From an uncultured Bacteroidales bacterium (lineage in GTDB: Bacteria > Bacteroidota > Bacteroidia > Bacteroidales > VadinHA17), in NCBI GenBank assembly GCA_963838215.1, contig CAWIQG010000005.1, forward strand, positions 83,310-147,309: DNA of 64,000 bases, written 5' to 3'. This document shows positions 1 through 10,974 of this stretch, piece after piece (position 1 is the first letter of the stretch; each line of letters opens with the position of its first letter). Position numbers and translations under genes: made by a program. The notes beneath the pieces are model-generated. The model searched no databases, was not told the origin of the DNA, and saw only the letters and a program-made list of their open reading frames with translations.

Positions 1-943
1 CTTTATATCCTTTATCCATAAAAGCTTTTGACATGACAGAAGCATTCTTTTTGACTCTTACCTGATATTCTCTGAACTTTGGATCGAGAGCTTCCCAAAA
101 AGATACTGCTTTGGAGGCAATTATATGTTCCAGCGGTCCTCCCTGTATCCCGGGAAACACAGCTGAGTTCAATAAAGATGACATCATTCGTACTTCGCCC
201 TTCGATGTAGTTATACCCCATGGATTGACAAAGTCCTTTCCCATAAGAATAATACCGCCTCTCGGTCCCCGAAGGGTTTTATGAGTGGTGGAAGTTACAA
301 TATGAGCAAATTTCAACGGATTCGTGAGAAGTCCGGCAGCAATTAATCCTGCCGGATGTGCCATATCGATCATTAATATTGCACCTATCATATCTGCAAT
401 CTTACGCATTCTTTCATAATCCCATTCACGCGAATATGCCGATGCCCCGCCTATTATCATTTTCGGTTTCTCTTTCAGGGCAACAGATTCCATCATATCA
501 TAATCAACTAAACCGGTTTCCTCTTTAACACCATAAGCGACAGGTTTATAAAACATACCTGAGGAATTGACAGGAGACCCATGAGAAAGATGCCCTCCGT
601 GTGCCAGATTCAACCCCATGAAAGTATCGCCAGGTTTAAGCACAGTCATGAACACTGCCATATTTGCCTGGGCTCCCGAATGAGGTTGTACATTAGCATA
701 TTCAGCATCAAATAGTTTTTTAAGCCGATCGATAGCAATCTGCTCTGATTGATCGATAATCTCACATCCGCCATAATAACGATTTCCAACATAACCTTCA
801 GCATATTTATTTGTCATTACCGACCCCATGGCTTCAAGTACCTGGGGACTGACAAAATTCTCTGATGCGATTAACTCAATTCCGTTTAGCTGGCGTTGAC
901 GCTCCTTCTCAATAAGGTCAAAAATTAGTTTATCTCTTTCCAT
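1..943 (-). CDS. glyA: Serine hydroxymethyltransferase, N-terminal ~314 codons (3' end runs off the window)
   Basis: Absent from the ORF track because it is open at the window edge. Hand translation from the ATG (complement of 941-943) gives [41 protein letters not shown]... The in-frame PLP-lysine motif [14 protein letters not shown] lies at ~254-295. Track ORF 12..221(-) is in another frame. Confidence 0.9.
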   Translation of the reverse strand, partial: MERDKLIFDLIEKERQRQLNGIELIASENFVSPQVLEAMGSVMTNKYAEGYVGNRYYGGCEIIDQSEQIAIDRLKKLFDAEYANVQPHSGAQANMAVFMTVLKPGDTFMGLNLAHGGHLSHGSPVNSSGMFYKPVAYGVKEETGLVDYDMMESVALKEKPKMIIGGASAYSREWDYERMRKIADMIGAILMIDMAHPAGLIAAGLLTNPLKFAHIVTSTTHKTLRGPRGGIILMGKDFVNPWGITTSKGEVRMMSSLLNSAVFPGIQGGPLEHIIASKAVSFWEALDPKFREYQVRVKKNASVMSKAFMDKGYK

Positions 944-963
944 AATATATTAGTTTAGAACAA

Positions 964-2739
964 TTACTCTTCTGAAAACTCAATCAGCAACTCACGGTAT
1001 GTAGCATAAATCCTGGATTGGGAAATGAATCCGACATAATATCCGTTATCAAGGACGGGAAGGTTCCATGCGCCAGTTTCCCTGAAAGTAGTCATTACCG
1101 TTTCGATGTTTTCCCTCTTATCAATGTATGAAGGAGGTATGGTCATCAAATCTTTTACAAATATGGTTTCGTACAATTCGTGCTGGAACATAATCTCTCG
1201 TACGTCATCGAGAGATACGACTCCTTCAAGAATATTGTATTCATCGACAACAGGAAACAGGTTTCTTTTGGATTTTGAAATAATCTTAATTAAATCTCCA
1301 AGCGTATCTGTTCCCCGTACTTTTAAAAGATCAGTTTCGATCTCCTTTTTCCAGTCCATAAAGGTCATTACTGCCTTATCTTTATCATGAGTTATCAATT
1401 CTCCCCGCTTAGCGAGTTGTATGTGATATATTGAATGTTTTTCAAAGCTCCTGGTTGTAATAAAAGCTACTGTTGATGTAATTATAAGAGGTATAAGCAG
1501 ATAATAACCGCCGGTTATTTCAGCTATCAGAAATATAGCAGTAAGTGGTGCATGCATAACACCAGCCATGGTACCTGCCATTCCGACCAGAACAAATCTG
1601 TTATCGGGCAGATTTAAGTGTACAAATTTCTTAAGCAGACTTGCAACAAGGTATCCATTAATGCCTCCGATGAACAACGTGGGCGCAAATATACCTCCCA
1701 CTCCACCTGCTCCATTTGTTGAACTGCTTGCAACAACTTTAAGCAGTACCAGTCCAGACATGAATAAAGCAATTACTAAGAATTTATCAGAAAACTGACT
1801 AAAAATACTGTTACTGAATACTGAACCGGAATTACCCTGAAGCAGCGACATAATAGTATCATACCCTTCGCCGTAGAAAGGAGGAAAAAGATAAATCAAC
1901 CCACCAAGAACTATTCCTCCAAGAATCAGACGCAAATAAATATTCCTGATTTTTTCATAGCTGTTTTCGAGGAACAGGGTCGTTTTTGAAAAATATAGAG
2001 AAATTAATCCTGAAGCAATTCCCAGTAGTACGTACCAGGGAATATTAGAAATATTAAAAGATTCAACGATATTAAAAGATAATAAAACCTTGTTCCCCAT
2101 AAGAAAATAAGCTACCGTAGCAGCTGTTACCGAAGAGATTAAAAGCGGGACAATCGACGAGATGGTCAGATCTAGCATCAGTATTTCAAGAGTGAAGACA
2201 ATTCCTGCAATGGGAGCTTTGAAAATTCCCGAAATAGCTCCTGCAGCACCACATCCTATAAGTAAAGTGATATTTTTATAATTAAGCTTGAAAAAGCTGC
2301 CAATATAAGAACCAATAGACGATCCCGCCAACACAATTGGAGCTTCGGCTCCAACAGAGCCACCAAAACCTATTGTGAGAGTGGCTGCAATTATAGAACT
2401 CCACATGTTGTGAGGTTTCAGACGACTTTTCCTCTTTGAAATTGCATAAAGGATCCTGCTGATGCCATGTCCGATATTATCCTTAACTACATATCTTACA
2501 AACAATAACGTAAGGAACATTCCTATAAGCGGATATGCCAGATAGAGGTAACTTCCGGATTCTCTTGTGATCCCGCCTGTAAGTACATGCTGTGTATAAT
2601 GGATCGCATTCTTTAGAATTGCTGCAGCAAGTGCACTAAGCAATCCGACAATAAGACTGAGTAAGTAAACTAACTTAACCTGATCAATGCTAACAAGTCC
2701 GGAATGAAAAATCTTCCTGAAATAACTACTTCTGAACAT
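964..2739 (-). CDS. ClC-family chloride channel/antiporter with C-terminal CBS pair
   Basis: 591 aa and highly hydrophobic. ClC-type motifs GSVGAEAP and GGIFAPTLFIGG are present. The C-terminal ~140 aa carries two CBS-like units (PVVDEYNILEGVVSLDDV; LPVLDNGYYVGFISQSRI). Confidence 0.85.
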   Translation of the reverse strand: MFRSSYFRKIFHSGLVSIDQVKLVYLLSLIVGLLSALAAAILKNAIHYTQHVLTGGITRESGSYLYLAYPLIGMFLTLLFVRYVVKDNIGHGISRILYAISKRKSRLKPHNMWSSIIAATLTIGFGGSVGAEAPIVLAGSSIGSYIGSFFKLNYKNITLLIGCGAAGAISGIFKAPIAGIVFTLEILMLDLTISSIVPLLISSVTAATVAYFLMGNKVLLSFNIVESFNISNIPWYVLLGIASGLISLYFSKTTLFLENSYEKIRNIYLRLILGGIVLGGLIYLFPPFYGEGYDTIMSLLQGNSGSVFSNSIFSQFSDKFLVIALFMSGLVLLKVVASSSTNGAGGVGGIFAPTLFIGGINGYLVASLLKKFVHLNLPDNRFVLVGMAGTMAGVMHAPLTAIFLIAEITGGYYLLIPLIITSTVAFITTRSFEKHSIYHIQLAKRGELITHDKDKAVMTFMDWKKEIETDLLKVRGTDTLGDLIKIISKSKRNLFPVVDEYNILEGVVSLDDVREIMFQHELYETIFVKDLMTIPPSYIDKRENIETVMTTFRETGAWNLPVLDNGYYVGFISQSRIYATYRELLIEFSEE

Positions 2740-2786
2740 AATTATGCAAATATAAAAACAATACTAAAGCTTCATTAATTTTTATT

Positions 2787-2794
2787 TAAGTTTG
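2787..2794 (+). promoter_or_regulatory. Candidate Bacteroidota -7 promoter box (TAAGTTTG, consensus TAnnTTTG) for the M16 peptidase operon
   Basis: Exact TAnnTTTG match about 63 nt upstream of the ATG at 2857, in an AT-rich divergent intergenic region. Confidence 0.35.
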
Positions 2795-2856
2795 TCAAGG
2801 GATAATTTTTTCCAAAAAGATTCTCCTAACGGCGATAAAAACTTGATCAAGCAGGA

Positions 2857-4104
2857 ATGGTAAAATACAACAGGTTCTCACTTGAAAACGGGCTACGGGT
2901 TCTGATACACGAAGACAAATCCACGCCACTCGTTGCAATGAATATTTTATACGATGTTGGTTCAAAGGACGAAGATCCCGATATGACTGGAATGGCTCAC
3001 CTGTTTGAGCATCTTATGTTCGGAGGATCAGTGAATATTCCTGAATACGACATGCCCCTGCAAATGGTTGGTGGAGAAAATAATGCATTCACAAATAACG
3101 ATTTCACAAATTATTATCTTACTCTTCCATCTGACAATATTGAGACCGGGTTCTGGCTTGAATCGGACAGAATGCTTGAGCTGGATTTTTCACGGAAGAA
3201 TCTCGATACACAAAAAAATGTAGTCATAGAAGAATTCAAACAACGATATCTTAATCAACCTTATGGCGATGCAATACTCAAACTGAAACCTCTGGCATAT
3301 AAAGTACATCCATATCGGTGGCCAACAATCGGTATGGATATCAGCCATATTGAGAATACTGATCTTGAACAGGTTAGAAGGTTCTTCTTTTCACACTATG
3401 CCCCTAATAATGCCATCCTTGCCCTGACAGGAAATATTACTTGTGATCTTGCCATTAAGCTTACTGAAAAATGGTTTGGTCCGGTTGAAAAGAGGATCTT
3501 AAAATCAAGAGAACTGCCAGCTGAACCGGCACAGAATGAAGAAAGAATCCTTACAATTGAAAATGATGTTCCCGCAACTGCAATTTTTAAAGTATGGCAC
3601 AGCAGTCCCAGGAAAAGTCAGGATTTCTATACTCTCGATCTGATAACAGATATCCTGGCCGGAGGAGAATCTGGCAGGTTGTACACAAAACTGGTTAGAG
3701 AGAAGAAATTGTTCAGCGAAATAAATGCTTATATAACTTCAGATATTGACCCCGGACTAATTACTTTTCATGGCAAATTAATGAAAAATACTGACATCCA
3801 ACTTGCTGAAGATGCTGTAAATGATGTAATTAAAAGTCTGCAAAATGTAAATATAATTATTGATGAGATGGAAAAAGTGAAGAATAAATTTGAATCCTCT
3901 TCTGTCTTCGCTAATACCAGTATCCTGAATAAAGCCATTAATCTTTCATTCTATGAACTGCTTGGAAACGCTGAATTGATAAACCAGGAGGTTGATGCAT
4001 ACAGGAAAGTAAGCCGTGAAATGGTTACTGACGCCACAAACAAATACTTTGTTCCTTCGAATTGCAGTACATTATATTACAAATCTACTCGAAAGGATAA
4101 ATGA
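2857..4104 (+). CDS. M16 (pitrilysin/insulinase) family zinc peptidase, catalytic subunit
   Basis: 415 aa. The HxxEH zinc motif is present as HLFEHLMFGG near the N-terminus, with typical M16 length. Confidence 0.85.
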   Translation: MVKYNRFSLENGLRVLIHEDKSTPLVAMNILYDVGSKDEDPDMTGMAHLFEHLMFGGSVNIPEYDMPLQMVGGENNAFTNNDFTNYYLTLPSDNIETGFWLESDRMLELDFSRKNLDTQKNVVIEEFKQRYLNQPYGDAILKLKPLAYKVHPYRWPTIGMDISHIENTDLEQVRRFFFSHYAPNNAILALTGNITCDLAIKLTEKWFGPVEKRILKSRELPAEPAQNEERILTIENDVPATAIFKVWHSSPRKSQDFYTLDLITDILAGGESGRLYTKLVREKKLFSEINAYITSDIDPGLITFHGKLMKNTDIQLAEDAVNDVIKSLQNVNIIIDEMEKVKNKFESSSVFANTSILNKAINLSFYELLGNAELINQEVDAYRKVSREMVTDATNKYFVPSNCSTLYYKSTRKDK

Positions 4105-5384
4105 TGGATAACCTGCAAAGAAAACAACCGCCTGTTTTCCCTGCCGAAAAATTAGTTATTCCTGAAACAATAACTTTCAGACTGAATAACGGAGTACCGG
4201 TGTATCTGATCGAAGCGGGAACAGAGGAGATAATGCGGATTGAGTTTATATTCAGAGCCGGGCAGGTAAATGAATATTTGCCGCTTCAGGCATCTACTAC
4301 CAACATGATGCTTACGGAAGGATCGCAGAATTACAGTTCTGAAGAGATTAGCAGGTTACTTGACTATTATGGGGCATTTCTGAATTTGTCAGCTGAAAAA
4401 GATTGTGCCGGGATTGTAGTATTTTTTCTTAATAAACATATTGATAAAGTTCTGGAGCTAAGTCGAGAGATCCTTTTCCGTCCTGTTTTTCCTGAGACAG
4501 AACTCATCTCACTCATGAAAAAACGGTTCCGCTGGTACATGGTGAACAGGGAAAAAGTTCAGAATCTTGCAATTGATCAGTTTTTCGAATCTGTCTTTGG
4601 AAAACATCACCCTTATGGACGTCAGGCAGTTGAGCAGGATTTTGAAAGAATGAATCCCTCGATTCTTAGGGATTTTCATTCAAAGTATTATACCACTGAT
4701 AAAATGGCAGTTATAGTATCAGGTAAAATACACGAAAAGACAGTTGATCTTCTTAATTACTATTTTGGAGACATTACTTCAAAGAAAGTATATATTGAAG
4801 ATCCGGAAAATGTTCTAAAGGGAGAAAAAAGAAAAAAAATCTATATTAATAAATCCGGCTACGTTCAGACTGCAATAAGGATTGGATCTTCAACTATAAA
4901 TAAACGACATCCTGATTATCCCGGATTAAAGGTTCTTGATTCAATCCTTGGCGGGTATTTCGGTTCGCGTTTAATGAAGAACATTCGCGAAGGAAAAGGC
5001 TACACCTACGGAATAACCTCATCAGTTTCTTCTCTTGATCTTACAGGTTACAAAGTGATTTCTTCTGATGTGAGTCAGAAAAACTGTCAGAAAACAATCG
5101 ATGAAGTTTACAAAGAGATAAAGATTCTGCAAAGTGTACCGGTTAAGAATGAGGAACTGGAGCTTGTACGTAATTATATGTCAGGTGAAATGTTGAGGAT
5201 GTTCGATGGTCCATTTTCTCTTGCAGAAAGCTTCAGATCAATCTGGGAATTTGGGCTTGATAACAGTTATTATTACAGGCTGGCTGAAAAAATAAAAACA
5301 ATTGAACCTGACGAAATAACTGAACTTGCGCGAACGTATTACAATATTGGTGAACTTTATGAAATCATAGTAGGCTCGAAATGA
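4101..5384 (+). CDS. M16 family peptidase-like protein, non-catalytic partner
   Basis: 427 aa. ATGA start/stop overlap with the upstream M16 gene. M16-like C-terminal half (GYFGSRLMKNIREGKGYTYG) but no HxxEH motif. Confidence 0.75.
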   Translation: MMDNLQRKQPPVFPAEKLVIPETITFRLNNGVPVYLIEAGTEEIMRIEFIFRAGQVNEYLPLQASTTNMMLTEGSQNYSSEEISRLLDYYGAFLNLSAEKDCAGIVVFFLNKHIDKVLELSREILFRPVFPETELISLMKKRFRWYMVNREKVQNLAIDQFFESVFGKHHPYGRQAVEQDFERMNPSILRDFHSKYYTTDKMAVIVSGKIHEKTVDLLNYYFGDITSKKVYIEDPENVLKGEKRKKIYINKSGYVQTAIRIGSSTINKRHPDYPGLKVLDSILGGYFGSRLMKNIREGKGYTYGITSSVSSLDLTGYKVISSDVSQKNCQKTIDEVYKEIKILQSVPVKNEELELVRNYMSGEMLRMFDGPFSLAESFRSIWEFGLDNSYYYRLAEKIKTIEPDEITELARTYYNIGELYEIIVGSK

Positions 5385-5388
5385 AGAA

Positions 5389-6894
5389 ATGGAAAAATGG
5401 TATTTCAATATTATCCCGATATTTTTTATTTTTTGTCCATACAATGCTCATTCCCAAATAAATTGCACTGTCCCTTTACCTCCCGTACTTACACTTGTAT
5501 CGCTACAACCTGAAACAGGCAACACCGAATTAAACTGGACTTTGAGTCCTTCTTCAGATATTTCAGCATATATCATTTATTCGTACAAAGATGGAGACGG
5601 AACACCTATTGACACTTTGTGGAACCCGGCAGCAACAAGTTATACTTATTCCAGCACAGCTTATAAGTACTTCAGTGTATCATATGTGGTTGCAGCATAC
5701 AGGCTGCCTGCAATTCCCGGAATGCCGGGTTGTCCAAGTCCACTTTCAAATGTTTTGACCACTGTTTTTTGCAGCTCAGAAATTGATACCTGTAAAAAGA
5801 AGATAAAAATTAACTGGAATAATTACACAGATTATCCTGAACCTGTTTTGGGATACAAGATATTTGTTTCTGAAAACTATAGTCCTTTGTCAGAGACTGA
5901 CAGTGTTAATAACCTGACAGACACTTTAATAATTTCTGATTTTGCTGCAGATTCCAATTATTGTTTTATGGTAGAAACTGTTCTTGAAGACGGATCGGTG
6001 TCCACTTCAAATAAAAGTTGCCTTTCAACAAAAATGCAAAGAGTTCCCCAATGGATTAATGCCGATTTTGCCACTGTAGATATCAACAATAAAATATCTC
6101 TTCAGTTTTCCGTTGATCCGTCATCTGAGATCACCCATTTCAGTCTTGAAAAGAAAACCGGAACATCAGGCACTTTTCAGGAGATTGCTCAACCTGAATC
6201 AGTTAATGCATCAGTGGCATTTACTGATGATCAGGCAGATGTCAACACAATCAATTATTACAGGCTCACAGCTATTAACAACTGCAATAACCCGGTTACA
6301 GTTTCTAATATATGTTCAAACATAGTACTTTCATTAAACACGGCAGGTAATAATTTAAATCTGACGTGGAATTCCTATAAAGAATGGCTGGGAGCGATAT
6401 CGTCGTATGTGGTATTTGTCAATACAGGCAAAGGATTTGAAGAAAAAGCAGTATTACAACCTTCTGATACAGTGTTCACCTTAGCGTATCAGGAAATAAT
6501 GTACGAAGTCACAGAAAATGAAGTCTGTTTTCATATAACAGCCTCAGAAACAGCTAATCCTCATGGTATTACAGGACAAACAACTTCATCAGGTATATGT
6601 ACGGCACCTATTGAAATAATTACAGTTCCCAATGTTTTCACACCCAATAACGATATGGTGAATGATTTATTCAGACCGGTGCTGTCCTTTACTCCTGTTT
6701 CTTATCACCTGGTTATCAGCGACAGGCAGGGCAATATATTGTTCGAGTCAAGAGATTCCAGTGCAGCCTGGGATGGTTCTAGAAACGGGAATCCTCAGCC
6801 GCAGGGAGTCTATCTGTGGTTTTTGAAAGTGACAACACCAACAGGAAAAAACATTTCAAGGACCGGAACGATAACTTTAATCCACGACAAGTGA
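5389..6894 (+). CDS. Exported Ig/FN3-like repeat protein with T9SS type-B (gliding-motility-associated, CHU_C-like) C-terminal sorting domain
   Basis: 501 aa with a signal peptide. The C-terminus reads VPNVFTPNNDMVNDLFRP...VISDRQGNILFES...AWDGSRNG...GVYLWFLKV, the type-B CTD signature. Confidence 0.8.
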   Translation: MEKWYFNIIPIFFIFCPYNAHSQINCTVPLPPVLTLVSLQPETGNTELNWTLSPSSDISAYIIYSYKDGDGTPIDTLWNPAATSYTYSSTAYKYFSVSYVVAAYRLPAIPGMPGCPSPLSNVLTTVFCSSEIDTCKKKIKINWNNYTDYPEPVLGYKIFVSENYSPLSETDSVNNLTDTLIISDFAADSNYCFMVETVLEDGSVSTSNKSCLSTKMQRVPQWINADFATVDINNKISLQFSVDPSSEITHFSLEKKTGTSGTFQEIAQPESVNASVAFTDDQADVNTINYYRLTAINNCNNPVTVSNICSNIVLSLNTAGNNLNLTWNSYKEWLGAISSYVVFVNTGKGFEEKAVLQPSDTVFTLAYQEIMYEVTENEVCFHITASETANPHGITGQTTSSGICTAPIEIITVPNVFTPNNDMVNDLFRPVLSFTPVSYHLVISDRQGNILFESRDSSAAWDGSRNGNPQPQGVYLWFLKVTTPTGKNISRTGTITLIHDK

Positions 6895-6959
6895 CAAAAT
6901 CGTTGTTATAAATCATTTTAACTATAGAAGATTACCTAACAACTTTAATCGGGAAAAGT

Positions 6960-6967
6960 TATCTTTG
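6960..6967 (+). promoter_or_regulatory. Candidate -7 promoter box (TATCTTTG) for relA/spoT
   Basis: Exact TAnnTTTG match 34 nt upstream of the ATG at 7001. Confidence 0.35.
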
Positions 6968-7000
6968 TATCCTGTTTAGAAAGAGCTGTATTGTTGTTTT

Positions 7001-9247
7001 ATGGGGAAAAAGGATATTTTTGATGATGAAGATAAAAACCGTATTCAGGCTGAATATGATAGTCTTGTAAATAATCTTCTCAGGTGCAACAAACCAGGTG
7101 ATAAAGAGCTGATAGACAAAGCATTCCAGATTGCAAATGAGGCTCACTGGAATATGCGCAGAAAATCGGGCGAGCCATATATTATTCACCCAATATCAGT
7201 TGCCAAAATAGTGAATCAGGAGATTGGTCTCGGGGCAAAGTCCATTGCCGTCGCACTTCTTCATGATGTAGTTGAAGATACTGAGTATTCACTGGAGGAT
7301 GTTGAAAGGGATTTTGACCCAAAGATAGCATCGCTTATAGATGGACTCACCAAAATATCAGGTACTTACAATAAAGAAAACTCATCATCCCTTCAGGCTG
7401 AGAACTTCAGGAAGATGTTGCTTACCCTCTCCGACGATCTGAGGGTCATTCTCATTAAAATTGCGGACCGTTTGCACAACATGAGAACGCTCGACTCTAT
7501 GCCTGAACATAAGAAGATGAAAGTTGCAGGAGAGACGATTTTCCTATATGCTCCTCTTGCTCACCGGCTCGGATTGTATGCTATAAAAAGTGAATTGGAG
7601 GATCTTAGCTTCAAATTCAGACAGCCGCAAATCTACAGCGAGATATCTGTAAAACTTAAGCATAGCGAGAAAAAGTATGTTGCTCTCATCAATAAGTTCT
7701 CCTTACCTTTAATTGAAAAGCTCACAGAGGCCGGGTTTAAGTTTGATATAAGTGGAAGATCAAAATCAGTCTTTTCCATCTGGAAGAAAATGCAGGCGAA
7801 AAATGTTCCTTTTGAAGAGGTTTATGATGTTCTCGCAGTAAGGATCGTATTTGAACCCGTAGCAGGAATTCCTGAGAAGACACAATGCTGGAATATATAT
7901 TCTATCATCACAGATTCGTATCTGCCTAAACCTGACAGACTTCGCGATTGGGTAAGCCGTCCAAAACCAAACGGTTACGAAGCTTTACATCTGACTGTTA
8001 TGGGACCTGAAGGCAAATGGGTTGAAATTCAGATAAGAAGCAAACGGATGGACGAGATAGCTGAAAGAGGTTATGCATCACACTGGAAATACAAAGGAGA
8101 CGAGGCCCCTGAGAGTGAGCTCGATAAATGGATAAAGAAGATACGTTTGATGCTTGAGAATCCACTTGAGGACCCTATAGAGTTCCTCGATGAGTTCAAA
8201 ATGAACCTGTTCTCCTCAGAAATAATGGTTTTTACTCCTAAAGGATTTCTTGTCAGCCTTCCTAAAGGGGCATCAGCTCTCGATTTTGCTTATGAGATAC
8301 ATACCGAAGTAGGGAATAAAGCAATTGGTGCCAAGATTAATTATAAACTTAATCCTATTAGCTCAATACTCATGAGCGGTGACCAGGTGGAAATAATCAC
8401 CTCTGATATAGCAAAACCTGATAAGGAATGGCTCTCTTTTGTAAGAACCTCAAAAGCAAAGGAGGCAATTAAAAATGCATTAAAGAATGAGTCGAAAGAT
8501 AGTATTCAGAAAGGGATGGAGATTCTTGACTCTAAACTAAAAGAACTTGGACTTACAGCTAACAATGAAATTCTTAAAAAGCTTCTGCTATCTTATGAGG
8601 CTCTGAATAAAGACGATCTCTATTCGGGAATAGGGCTTGGCAGAATCAACCTTGATGATCTGAAAAAGATAGTAAATAAGAACCAGCCTAAAAATGTTAT
8701 TAAATACTGGGAATTAAAACTTATTGGATCAAAGAAAGAGAAAAAAGAGGCTGAAGTTTTACAAACAAAAATTGACAATAACGTCCCATTTCTTCTTAGA
8801 GAGAATATTGATAGCACCGAACAGTCTTATGAGATAGCAAAATGTTGTAACCCTATTCCCGGCGATGAGGTTACAGGTTACCGATCACCTGAAGGGGCAA
8901 TTGTTATTCATAAGCCAAAATGCCCTGTTGCCATCAGGATCATGTCTAACGAAGGCAACCGGATTATAGCTGTAAAATGGGCCATTCATAAGCTTGTCTC
9001 ATTCCTGGCAAGAATAAATATGACGGGTATTGACAGAATCGGGCTCGTAAATGATATTACAAATATTATCTCATCCGAGTTAAAAGTCAACATGACTAAA
9101 ATTAACATTTCTGTCAAGGACGGTATTTTTGAGGGAACGATTGATCTGTATGTTCACCATACAAAAGACCTGAATAATCTGATTTTGAAGATTTCAAATA
9201 TAACTGGTATTGAAAATGTCAAAAGGGTTGAGGATTTTTCAAAATAA
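7001..9247 (+). CDS. relA: Bifunctional (p)ppGpp synthetase/hydrolase (RelA/SpoT homologue)
   Basis: 748 aa. Contains an HD hydrolase motif (LLHDVVEDT), a synthetase region (RSKSVFSIWKKM...YEALHLTV), then TGS-like and C-terminal ACT-like regions. Confidence 0.92.
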   Translation: MGKKDIFDDEDKNRIQAEYDSLVNNLLRCNKPGDKELIDKAFQIANEAHWNMRRKSGEPYIIHPISVAKIVNQEIGLGAKSIAVALLHDVVEDTEYSLEDVERDFDPKIASLIDGLTKISGTYNKENSSSLQAENFRKMLLTLSDDLRVILIKIADRLHNMRTLDSMPEHKKMKVAGETIFLYAPLAHRLGLYAIKSELEDLSFKFRQPQIYSEISVKLKHSEKKYVALINKFSLPLIEKLTEAGFKFDISGRSKSVFSIWKKMQAKNVPFEEVYDVLAVRIVFEPVAGIPEKTQCWNIYSIITDSYLPKPDRLRDWVSRPKPNGYEALHLTVMGPEGKWVEIQIRSKRMDEIAERGYASHWKYKGDEAPESELDKWIKKIRLMLENPLEDPIEFLDEFKMNLFSSEIMVFTPKGFLVSLPKGASALDFAYEIHTEVGNKAIGAKINYKLNPISSILMSGDQVEIITSDIAKPDKEWLSFVRTSKAKEAIKNALKNESKDSIQKGMEILDSKLKELGLTANNEILKKLLLSYEALNKDDLYSGIGLGRINLDDLKKIVNKNQPKNVIKYWELKLIGSKKEKKEAEVLQTKIDNNVPFLLRENIDSTEQSYEIAKCCNPIPGDEVTGYRSPEGAIVIHKPKCPVAIRIMSNEGNRIIAVKWAIHKLVSFLARINMTGIDRIGLVNDITNIISSELKVNMTKINISVKDGIFEGTIDLYVHHTKDLNNLILKISNITGIENVKRVEDFSK

Positions 9248-9289
9248 AAATTCGTTCAGCTTTAGTCTCTGATATTTAGTAAAAATGTA

Positions 9290-9297
9290 TACTTTTG
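9290..9297 (+). promoter_or_regulatory. Candidate -7 promoter box (TACTTTTG) for fur-like gene
   Basis: TAnnTTTG match ~24 nt upstream of the ATG at 9322. Confidence 0.3.
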
Positions 9298-9321
9298 TTA
9301 TTATTTTAAATTAGACCAGAT

Positions 9322-9771
9322 ATGATTAGTGACGATACCAAATTAACAGTAAAGAAGATCTTCACTGAATATCTTGAAAAGAAAGCTCACAGGAAAACAC
9401 CTGAAAGGTATGCTATCCTTGATGAGATTTATTCCCGTACGGGCCATTTTGATATTGAGTCGCTCTATATTTTCATGAAGAATAAAAATTATAGAGTAAG
9501 CAGGGCAACTTTATATAATACAATTGAATTGTTACTCGATTGCAACCTGGTTATAAAACATCAGTTTGGAAAGAATATCGCTCAGTTTGAAAGAGCATAC
9601 CAATGCGGACAGCACGATCACCTTATTGATGTTGAAACGGGACAGGTTGTTGAATTCTGCGATCCGAGAATCCACGAAATAATAAAGACAGCAAGTGAAC
9701 TATATAACTTTGTTCCGCAATATCATTCACTATATATTTATGGTAATATCGATAAAAAAACCAAAGAATAA
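9322..9771 (+). CDS. fur: Fur-family transcriptional repressor
   Basis: 149 aa. N-terminal winged-helix region ([13 protein letters not shown]...[13 protein letters not shown]) followed by the HDHLI metal-site motif. It sits between relA and purA, as is common in Bacteroidota. Confidence 0.75.
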   Translation: MISDDTKLTVKKIFTEYLEKKAHRKTPERYAILDEIYSRTGHFDIESLYIFMKNKNYRVSRATLYNTIELLLDCNLVIKHQFGKNIAQFERAYQCGQHDHLIDVETGQVVEFCDPRIHEIIKTASELYNFVPQYHSLYIYGNIDKKTKE

Positions 9772-9850
9772 TAAGTTCAGTCCTAATAACTATAAGCCTG
9801 ATCAAAATATCATGTAAACAACTTATTCAGGCAGTTTGTTAAAATAATCA

Positions 9851-10729
9851 TCAGAATTTAAAAACCATATCCAGAAAAGCAGGTATTCCGATCGGGAAGA
9901 TTTTAATTATATCCTTGCTGTTTATTAATCCTATATCAATAGAAATCTTTTCTCCCATAAAACGAAGTCCGTAAGAAAAAACCGTATAACCAGGTATGAT
10001 CCAGTTTTCGGTTATCAGGGCTATTCTTCCAGATACTCTTGTCATTCCGCTTAAAGTAATAACTGGTTTCTTTGACCAGTCGGATCCAACAAATCCCCAT
10101 CCGACTCCAAGCGATGCATTGCTGTTTTCATTTCCGACTGTCACAGATCCATAACCTATTCCTAAACCACCTTTTTTAAGGCCTCCAAGGGAACTCAAAT
10201 TTACATATAAGATCCCTCCTCCTAACCATAAAGATTTTGTGACTTCAAATCCTAGTTTTGGCATTAAAATAAAAATAGGATGCCCACTTAATGTCGAATA
10301 CAACTCGACTCCACCTCCTATGCTAAAGAAATTAGTAATGCCATAACTCACCGTGTTGGCGAACAAATCCACATTCTGATAATATCCATCTCCTTCCTTA
10401 AGCTGTATTGCCGGCCCTATAAAATACCTGGAGTAATTTGGATTAGGAAACCAGTATTTCCCTTTTTTGAAGTTTGTTGAATCTAATTGAACAATAGATT
10501 TAAACTGATCCTTTTTTATAGTAATAGTTCCGATGTTTTCCGTTGCCAGACTTATCTCCTGTTGATTTTCAGAAACAATTGTCCCTTGCACAGTGGAACC
10601 ATCTTTCAGGGTGATCAGATATTTTTTTGATAGATTATCAGATGTTTTAACCTGAGAAAAGACAACTGTCTGTCCTATAACTATAAACAGAACAATTGAA
10701 AAGAAACAGATCCGATCATTTTTTTTCAT
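9851..10729 (-). CDS. Hypothetical exported/membrane protein
   Basis: 292 aa with an N-terminal signal-like hydrophobic segment and a Gly-rich, beta-strand-like C-terminal half. No recognisable motif. Confidence 0.5.
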   Translation of the reverse strand: MKKNDRICFFSIVLFIVIGQTVVFSQVKTSDNLSKKYLITLKDGSTVQGTIVSENQQEISLATENIGTITIKKDQFKSIVQLDSTNFKKGKYWFPNPNYSRYFIGPAIQLKEGDGYYQNVDLFANTVSYGITNFFSIGGGVELYSTLSGHPIFILMPKLGFEVTKSLWLGGGILYVNLSSLGGLKKGGLGIGYGSVTVGNENSNASLGVGWGFVGSDWSKKPVITLSGMTRVSGRIALITENWIIPGYTVFSYGLRFMGEKISIDIGLINSKDIIKIFPIGIPAFLDMVFKF

Positions 10730-10974
10730 ATTTATATGTTTTATAGCAGAAAAACCTATTCTTATTCAAAACTAAAACTATTATTACTAAAAAAAAAATA
10801 AAACTTTATCTGACGCCGGATGAAGACATCCATGCCTCACATTGCTAAGTCTGCTTCGCCCGGTCAAAAATGACCTGTTTTAACGAGTATTTGTGATTTG
10901 GTTCAAAGATGCGGGTTTCAAATAATTATTTGTACCTTGTAAAGCATTTTATTAAACTATGTAATTTATCTAAT

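Noticed and set aside
12-221. Track ORF 12..221(-) and other short antisense or alternate-frame ORFs inside long genes (e.g. 1106..1390, 11493..11846, 15117..15449, 24647..24979, 38483..38722, 41005..41214)
   Set aside because: Each lies wholly inside a longer ORF that has clear family motifs, and none has a motif of its own.
10811-10870. Relatively GC-rich segment with a small hairpin (GGATG-AAGA-CATCC) upstream of purA, considered as a riboswitch or sRNA
   Set aside because: It has only a 5-bp stem and resembles no purine or other riboswitch core that I can recognise. It is most likely ordinary intergenic sequence.
10909-10974. N-terminal extensions given by the ORF track (purA 10909; GH2 14845; IDH-like 18797; rubredoxin 20555; 35679-gene 37652; vWA2 42334)
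   Set aside because: In each case an internal Met starts either the conserved N-terminus (GDEGKGK P-loop, GDGIG, rubredoxin CxxC) or a signal peptide. Using it also removes an overlap with the upstream gene, so the longer forms look like upstream read-through.
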